Assembly (NCBI RefSeq): GCF_006345805.1
Contig: NW_021830025.1
Location: forward strand, 1 to 5,526
Length of the DNA stretch: 5,526 nt
Direction: 5' to 3'
Origin: Octopus sinensis
Taxonomy: Eukaryota
The position numbers were made by a program, and so were the translations under genes. Of the stretch, positions 1 to 5,526 are shown piece by piece; the stretch's first letter is position 1, and every line of letters starts with the position of its first letter. Below the pieces are notes generated by a model. The model searched no databases and was not told the DNA's origin. It was given only the letters and a program-made list of their open reading frames with translations.

Positions 1-138
1 TATCTTTCTGTTGAAGAGCGTAGGCTCGAAACGTTAAAGACTTGTTTTATTTATATTTCCTGAGCGCCATACTAATACAATTGTTCGTTTGTTTTCCACC
101 TGCCTTCGTCTTTTGTTTATTTTCATAAAGCTTCCCGT
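1..138 (+). mobile_element. Short hammerhead-bearing repeat, putative Penelope-like element terminal repeat or non-autonomous derivative (begins before the window)
   Basis: Hammerhead-like fold followed by a T-rich segment ending in (TA)n. Positions ~56-125 align in reverse complement with ~3340-3406 (tttcctgagcg 56-66 versus cgctcaggaaa 3396-3406, plus gtatta, gtggaa and acg..agg blocks). Confidence 0.5.
3..40 (+). ncRNA. Minimal type I hammerhead ribozyme-like motif (variant core)
   Basis: Helix I TCTTT(3-7)/AAAGA(36-40); core CTGTTGA(8-14, canonical CUGANGA) plus an extra A15; helix II GAGC(16-19)-GTAG-GCTC(24-27); GAAA(28-31); helix III reduced to palindromic AACGTT(30-35); putative cleavage triplet GUU(33-35). 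Topology matches the minimal hammerheads of Penelope-like elements. Confidence 0.6.
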
Positions 139-173
139 TATATATATATATATATACATAATATATATATATA
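139..173. repeat. (TA)n microsatellite, interrupted
   Basis: Directly visible. Confidence 0.95.
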
Positions 174-328
174 TTCAAATTACGATGGAAGTAAACCAAG
201 TTTGCTTTAGAATCGTTGAGATGTATTGAAAGATAAGGAAATAATTTCATTGTCAAACGCAGGATAATGCTAATAATATAGCATGAACAGGATAAACTAC
301 CCATATTTTGCAGACAAATGTGTCGGAC

Positions 329-539
329 TTATTGAATTACCTTTTCAGCGGGATGGGCTACTGGACCTGTAAGGTTATGCGCTTTTTATCTTGATATGAG
401 ATCACCATGTCACGCGCAAATAGTTGGGATGTGTGTGCTTGGTGTACCTTTTTGAGACGGGTAGTCTTGGTGGGCATTCTAGGTTTCGCATATTTTACCC
501 CAGTGTCACTTTGATGGCATGCACTGCTCTCTCACTCAA

Positions 540-540
<1 letters not shown>
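329..540 (+). mobile_element. Unclassified interspersed repeat 'B', partial copy
   Basis: Reverse-complement match to 3411-3640, e.g. tttatcttgatatgagatcaccatgt / acatggtgatctcatatcaagataaa and tattttaccccagt / actggggtaaaata. It has a 27-nt internal deletion and is followed by a trinucleotide tract. Strand is arbitrary. Confidence 0.8.
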
Positions 541-595
<55 letters not shown>

Positions 596-742
596 TTACT
601 ACTGCTGCTGCTGCTGCCACTACTACTCTACTACTACTACTAGTTGTAATAATAATAATAATAATAATAATAAGAATAATAGAATAATAATAATAAGAAG
701 AAGAAGAAGAAGAAGAAGAAATAATAATAACAATAATAATAA
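540..742. repeat. Compound trinucleotide microsatellite (TAC)n-(TGC)n-(TAC)n-(AAT)n-(AAG)n-(AAT)n
   Basis: Directly visible; source of the poly-T/Y/V/N/I/R ORFs. Confidence 0.95.
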
Positions 743-754
743 TTGTTTCATATT

Positions 755-830
755 TTGGCACAAGGTCAACAGGTCTGGGAAAATCGCTAGGTCGATTACA
801 TCGACCCTAATGTTCAGATGATACTAATTC
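755..830 (-). mobile_element. tRNA-derived SINE family 2, 3' fragment
   Basis: ggcacaagg...gtcgattacatcgaccc is shared with 1093-1210 and 1677-1837. Confidence 0.65.
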
Positions 831-980
831 TACTTGCCTTCACAATTCTGAGGATATGGACTATTTAACTGCTATTTTATTTGTACTTTATTTCATCGAT
901 CCTGGGGAAATAAAAGATTTATTGTCTCAGCGGAATTTGAACTCACATCCTAGAGTAATAAAAACGTTAATGTTTGTTAT
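831..980 (+). repeat. Diverged direct repeat, copy 1 (copy 2 at 2192-2331)
   Basis: tgccttc-caa-tct-aggatatggacta...gtctca-cggaatttg-actc...agtaataaaaac-ttaatg is collinear in both copies, with a 10-nt indel (tcctggggaa). Confidence 0.85.
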
Positions 981-1077
981 CAACCTCGGCGGAATCTGAA
1001 CTCAGAACCAGAAGACGGACGAAATGCTGTGGAGCATATTGCCTGCCGTGCTAACGACTCTACCAGCTCGCCGCCTT
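981..1077 (-). mobile_element. tRNA-derived SINE family 2, 5' head
   Basis: Minus strand reads aggcggcgagcTGGTAGAGTCGTTAG...GAGTTCAGATTCCgccgaggttg, giving Pol III A-box-like and B-box-like motifs. Confidence 0.75.
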
Positions 1078-1092
1078 AATATTATTACTACT

Positions 1093-1210
1093 CTGTTCAC
1101 AAGGCCTTGAAAACTTTTGGGGACGAGTGCTACTCAGTTATATCGACCCCAGTGCGAAACTGGTACTTATTTCATCGACCTCGAAGAGCTAACAGTCCAA
1201 GTCGACCGCG
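1093..1210 (-). mobile_element. tRNA-derived SINE family 2, 3'/central fragment
   Basis: cacaaggcc...atcgaccccagtg...ctggtacttatttcatcgacc...aagtcgacc is homologous to the neighbouring fragments. The central block resembles a Meta-type SINE domain (inference). Confidence 0.65.
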
Positions 1211-1239
1211 TCACCTAAATATTAATAAATACTTTTTTG

Positions 1240-1450
1240 CTCTTTTACTCTTTTACTTGTTTCAGTCATTTGACTGTGGCCATGCTGGAGCACCACCTTT
1301 AGTCCAATATATCGAACCCAGGACTTATTCTTTGTAAGCCTAGTACTTATTCTATCGGTATCCTTTTCCGAACCGCTAGATTTACGGGACGTAAACACAA
1401 CAGCATCGGTTGTCAAGCGATGTTGGGGGGACAAACACAGACATAAAACG

Positions 1451-1488
<38 letters not shown>

Positions 1489-1664
1489 CATATATACGAC
1501 GGGCTTCTTTCAGTTTCCGTCTACCAAATCCACTCACAAGGCTTTGGTCGACCCGAGGCTATAGCAGAAGACACTCGCTCGCCCAAGGTGCCACGCAGAG
1601 GAACTGAACCCGGAACCATGTGGTTCGTAAGCAAACTACTTACCACACAGTCACTCCTACGCCT
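1240..1664 (-). mobile_element. tRNA-derived SINE family 1, full-length, with internal (CA)n/(TA)n
   Basis: End-to-end reverse-complement match to 4962-5364. Minus-strand head aggcgtaggagtgactgtgtggtaag...ggttcagttcc (A/B boxes), 3' tandem (GTAAAAGA)2 tail. Confidence 0.9.
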
Positions 1665-1676
1665 ATGTTTAAAATT

Positions 1677-1837
1677 CTGACACAAAGCCAGAGACTTTCG
1701 TTGGAGGAGTGAGTCGATTACATCGATCTAGTATTTGACAGACATTTATTTCAACAGTCGCGGAGGGAAGAAAGTGGAAGTTGACCAGAACGGTATTCGA
1801 TCTCAAAAATATAACTATAACGATTCTGCCAGCTTGA
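1677..1837 (-). mobile_element. tRNA-derived SINE family 2, old degenerate internally deleted copy
   Basis: gacacaaagcc...gtcgattacatcgat...cggtattcgatctca...taacgattctgccagct matches 755-830 and 981-1077 (taacgactctaccagct). Confidence 0.6.
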
Positions 1838-1890
1838 CAATGGTTTCTGATTTTTTGCCCAAGTCCAGTAATTCTCAGGATGGCACTGGG

Positions 1891-2202
1891 ACTGCTTCGG
1901 TTACGACGACGAGGGTTCCAACTGATCTGATCTACGGAACAGCCTGCATATGAAATTAAAGTGCAAGTGGCTGATCATTCCACAGACACGTGTACCTTTA
2001 CTGTAGTTCTCAAGGAGATTCAGCGTGACACAGAGTGAGACAAGGATGGCCCTTTGAAATACAAGTTCTACTCATTTTGCCAGCTGAATGGAGTAACATG
2101 AAATAAAGTGTCTTGCTCAAGGACACAAAGCGCCGCAGGAAATCGAACTCACGACCTTACGATCATGAGCCGAATGCCCTAACCACCAAGTTACGTGCCT
2201 TC
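1891..2202 (-). mobile_element. tRNA-derived SINE family 3
   Basis: Minus strand reads gaaggcacgTAACTTGGTGGttagggc...GAGTTCGATTTCC (A/B boxes), then gtgtccttgagcaagacactt, a block typical of SINE central domains. The 3' boundary is approximate. Confidence 0.75.
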
Positions 2203-2331
2203 GCAAATCTTAGGATATGGACTACTTAATTTCTACTTTATTTGTGCTTTATTTTATCGAATGAAAGATTTGTCGTCTCACCGGAATTTGTACTCGCATT
2301 CTATAGTAATAAAAACATTAATGCCTATTAT
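2192..2331 (+). repeat. Diverged direct repeat, copy 2 (copy 1 at 831-980)
   Basis: Collinear with 831-980. Confidence 0.85.
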
Positions 2332-2430
2332 TACCGGAATATAACCAGTAAACAATCCCGTGGAACAATTTAGATCCGTGTACACGAAGACAATACGCAT
2401 GCGTATATCATAAACATGACAAGGATGAAC

Positions 2431-2484
<54 letters not shown>

Positions 2485-2485
2485 G

Positions 2486-2520
<35 letters not shown>

Positions 2521-2600
2521 GAAATATATATGATATATATATATTTATATATATATATATGCATATATACATATACAAATACATAGACACATACAAATAC
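2431..2600. repeat. (TA)n/(TG)n compound microsatellite decaying into a TACA-rich tract
   Basis: Directly visible. Confidence 0.95.
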
Positions 2601-2919
2601 AAGTAAAAATAAGCCCAAAGATAATGCATAACAAAACACCGGAGAGGATCTAACTTTTAAACTCATTATAGGAATTTCCCAGGGGAGAAATATCCATCGA
2701 AAGATAAAAGACAATTAATCAAATAAAATGGTCAAAACATTGTTCATGCGAAGTTTTCATTTTTTGATTTTTTTTACATGCCTCATGTTTCATTTTGTAT
2801 TTGTCCATTTTGATTGGAGCAGACGATAATCGTCTGAGAGAACAAAGCGTCATCTCAACGAGAATTACGAAAACAATCCAAATGCAGTATTTCACATTGG
2901 TTTATAAAGAGTTAAATTC

Positions 2920-2971
<52 letters not shown>
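2920..2971. repeat. (TA)n(TG)n microsatellite
   Basis: Directly visible. Confidence 0.95.
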
Positions 2972-2973
<2 letters not shown>

Positions 2974-3268
2974 AGGCGCAATGGCCCAGTGGTTAGGGCA
3001 GCGGACTCGCGGTGGTAGGATCGAGGTTTCGAATCCCAGACCGGGCCTTGTGAGTGTTTATTGAGCAAAAACACCTAAAAGCTCGACGAGGCTCCGGCAG
3101 GGGGTGGTGATCCCTGCTGTACTCTTCCAGCACTCTTTCTCCCACTCTTTCTTCTGTTGTCCTGCTCGCTTAGCCAGCGGGGTGGCGTTATTCGAAGGCT
3201 AAAACAATGCGAACGCATTGTGACCAGCGATGTGTAACAATATCTGATGGTCTGGTCGGTCACGTGGT

Positions 3269-3275
<7 letters not shown>
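2972..3275 (+). mobile_element. tRNA-derived SINE family 4, apparently full-length
   Basis: A box TGGCCCAGTGG (2982-2992), B box GGTTTCGAATCCC (3025-3037), GC- and CpG-rich body, 3' hairpins and a (GGTCACGT)2 tail (3258-3273), flanked by microsatellites. Confidence 0.85.
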
Positions 3276-3316
<41 letters not shown>

Positions 3317-3322
3317 TTATAT
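3275..3322. repeat. (TA)n microsatellite
   Basis: Directly visible. Confidence 0.95.
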
Positions 3323-3410
3323 AGTTAATCCAAACAAGAAAGCACAAAAAAAACACAACAACGCGAGGACGTGGAACAAATATGGTATTATTGGACGCTC
3401 AGGAAAGAAG
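3320..3410 (-). mobile_element. Truncated relative of the 1-138 repeat (hammerhead part missing)
   Basis: Patchy reverse-complement similarity to 56-125, with the same layout next to a (TA)n tract. Confidence 0.5.
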
Positions 3411-3947
3411 GAGAGCAGTTCATGCCATCAAAATGAGACTGGGGTAAAATATACGAAGCCTAGTATACCCATCATGACTACTCATCTGATAAGGCTACAC
3501 TAGGCACATGCATCACAACCTTATGTGTGCAACATGGTGATCTCATATCAAGATAAACAGCACATGACCTTGCGGGTGGGGCCCAGTTAGAATTTTCTTC
3601 TGGTCGAGTAGCCCATCCCACTCAAATGGTCCTTGAATAAAGGTTCTTTACGTATATTGAACACAACACCCATATTTTCAGGGGTGACTTATTCAAATCT
3701 CAAAGAATTCCTCTCAACACATGGCTATGATGCTGCCCCACTACTTCTGCTCCTGATCAGAGATGCACATATCGTCAGCGACTAAGGGACATGGTCAACT
3801 GGTTATGGTCAAACAACTGACAAGCAAATCTGTGGTATTGAGCAGAATATTTGCTGTAGCCCATCTTTTATACCAAGACAAAACAATGTACAGGATAACA
3901 CTTCCAATCAGTTAAGATCAGAAACCATGAGAGCCACTGCCTGTTAC
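3411..3947 (-). mobile_element. Unclassified interspersed repeat 'B', longer copy
   Basis: 3411-3640 is the inverse of 329-531. The extension to ~3947 is inferred from continuous higher-GC complexity up to the (ATT)n tract and from my recollection of this repeat. Confidence 0.7.
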
Positions 3948-3963
3948 AATCCTCATTATCCCT

Positions 3964-4000
3964 ATTATAATTATAATTATGATTATTATTATTATTATTA

Positions 4001-4035
<35 letters not shown>
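3964..4035. repeat. (ATT)n microsatellite
   Basis: Directly visible. Confidence 0.95.
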
Positions 4036-4037
<2 letters not shown>

Positions 4038-4039
4038 TG

Positions 4040-4744
<705 letters not shown>

Positions 4745-4745
<1 letters not shown>

Positions 4746-4756
4746 CACACGCACGA

Positions 4757-4796
<40 letters not shown>

Positions 4797-4861
4797 CACA
4801 CACACACACATATATATATATGGCTATGTATCTGTATATCTACATATCTATATATCTATAT
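4745..4861. repeat. (CA)n(TA)n microsatellite and degenerate TA-rich tract
   Basis: Directly visible. Confidence 0.9.
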
Positions 4862-4898
4862 GAAACCAGTATAAACAAGAGACTGTCAAAATAATTTA

Positions 4899-4946
4899 GA
4901 CGCCTCTGATGAGAACCCAGTAGGTTCAAAGTTGATTAAGGATGTT
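4899..4946 (+). ncRNA. Degenerate type I hammerhead ribozyme-like motif (G12 missing)
   Basis: Helix I GACGCCT(4899-4905)/AGG-a-TGTT(4939-4946); perfect CTGATGA(4906-4912); helix II GAACC-cagta-GGTTC(4913-4927); AAA(4928-4930) in place of GAAA; short helix III AG-TTGA-TT; cleavage triplet UUA(4936-4938). Confidence 0.5.
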
Positions 4947-4961
4947 CCTCATTTCCTTCTT

Positions 4962-5364
4962 AGACGCAGGAGTGGCTGTGTAGTAAGTAGCTTGCTTACC
5001 AACCACATGGTTCCGGGTTTATTCCCACTGCGGAGCACATTGGGCAAGTGTCTTCTACTATAGCCTCGGACCGACCAAAGCCTTGTGAGTGGATTTGGTA
5101 GACGGAAACTGAAAGAAGACCGTCGTAAATATGTATTTATATATATATGTGTGTATATGTGTATGTGTCTGTGTTTGTCCCCCCGACATCGCTTGATAAC
5201 TGATGCTGGTGTGTTTACGTCCCCGTAACTTAGCGGTTCAGCAAAAGAGACCGATAGAATAAGTACTAGGCTTACAAAGAATAAGTCCTGGGGTCGATTT
5301 TCTCGACTAAGGGCGGTGCTCCAGCATGGCTGCAGTCAAATGACTGAAACAAGTAAAAGAGTAA
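4962..5364 (+). mobile_element. tRNA-derived SINE family 1, full-length
   Basis: A-box-like TGGCTGTGTAG (4973-4983), B-box-like GGTTTATTCCC (5016-5026), internal (TA)/(TG) tract and gtaaaagagtaa tail; inverse of 1240-1664. Confidence 0.9.
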
Positions 5365-5526
5365 GTGAGGCACTATAAGATCAAAATAGCCATCGACGTA
5401 TCATATTTAATGCATGTACACAGTTTCATTTGCCAATTACTGCGGCATTCGTCTTAAAGCCAGTAGTTCTGATACGATGGGGATTGACTCGCTTTTGGAC
5501 ATTCAGTGTTTAATAAAAAATGAATA

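Noticed and set aside
213-223. 11-nt inverted match to 2851-2861
   Set aside because: The match does not extend and is compatible with chance.
424-821. Three ORFs with homopolymeric amino-acid runs
   Set aside because: They are translations of the trinucleotide microsatellite, open in several frames and on both strands.
755-1837. CRISPR-like recurring motif (gtcgattacatcga)
   Set aside because: Spacing is irregular, the copies are degenerate, the context is eukaryotic and SINE fragments explain it.
1107-1953. ORFs 1107-1337, 1222-1491, 1410-1607 and 1735-1953
   Set aside because: They lie within SINEs or CA repeats, cross element boundaries and show no recognisable domain.
2972-3045. Possible genuine tRNA gene
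   Set aside because: It has A/B boxes but no clean cloverleaf or oligo-T terminator, and it continues into a SINE body.
2370-3356. YI/HT/CV-rich ORFs (also 47-304)
   Set aside because: They are dinucleotide-repeat translations.
56-3640. One large element with terminal inverted repeats
   Set aside because: The two inverted pairs occur in the order A,B...A',B' rather than nested, and are too diverged, so they are independent insertions.
5512-5517. AATAAA polyadenylation signal
   Set aside because: The hexamer is common in AT-rich DNA and has no supporting exon.

Overview
AT-rich, non-coding, repeat-saturated eukaryotic DNA (intronic or intergenic). The repeat families resemble those I recall from coleoid cephalopod (Octopus) genomes; this is recognition from memory, not a database result. 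No protein-coding gene is supported, because the listed ORFs are translations of microsatellites or SINEs. The window holds at least four tRNA-derived SINE families, including an inverted near-full-length pair at 1240-1664 and 4962-5364. It also holds an unclassified interspersed repeat present twice in opposite orientation, a ~145 bp local duplication and many compound microsatellites. The most interesting signals are two minimal type I hammerhead-ribozyme-like folds (3-40 and 4899-4946) of the kind described for Penelope-like elements. Both have deviant catalytic cores, and the first sits in a short repeat with a truncated inverted relative at 3320-3410.
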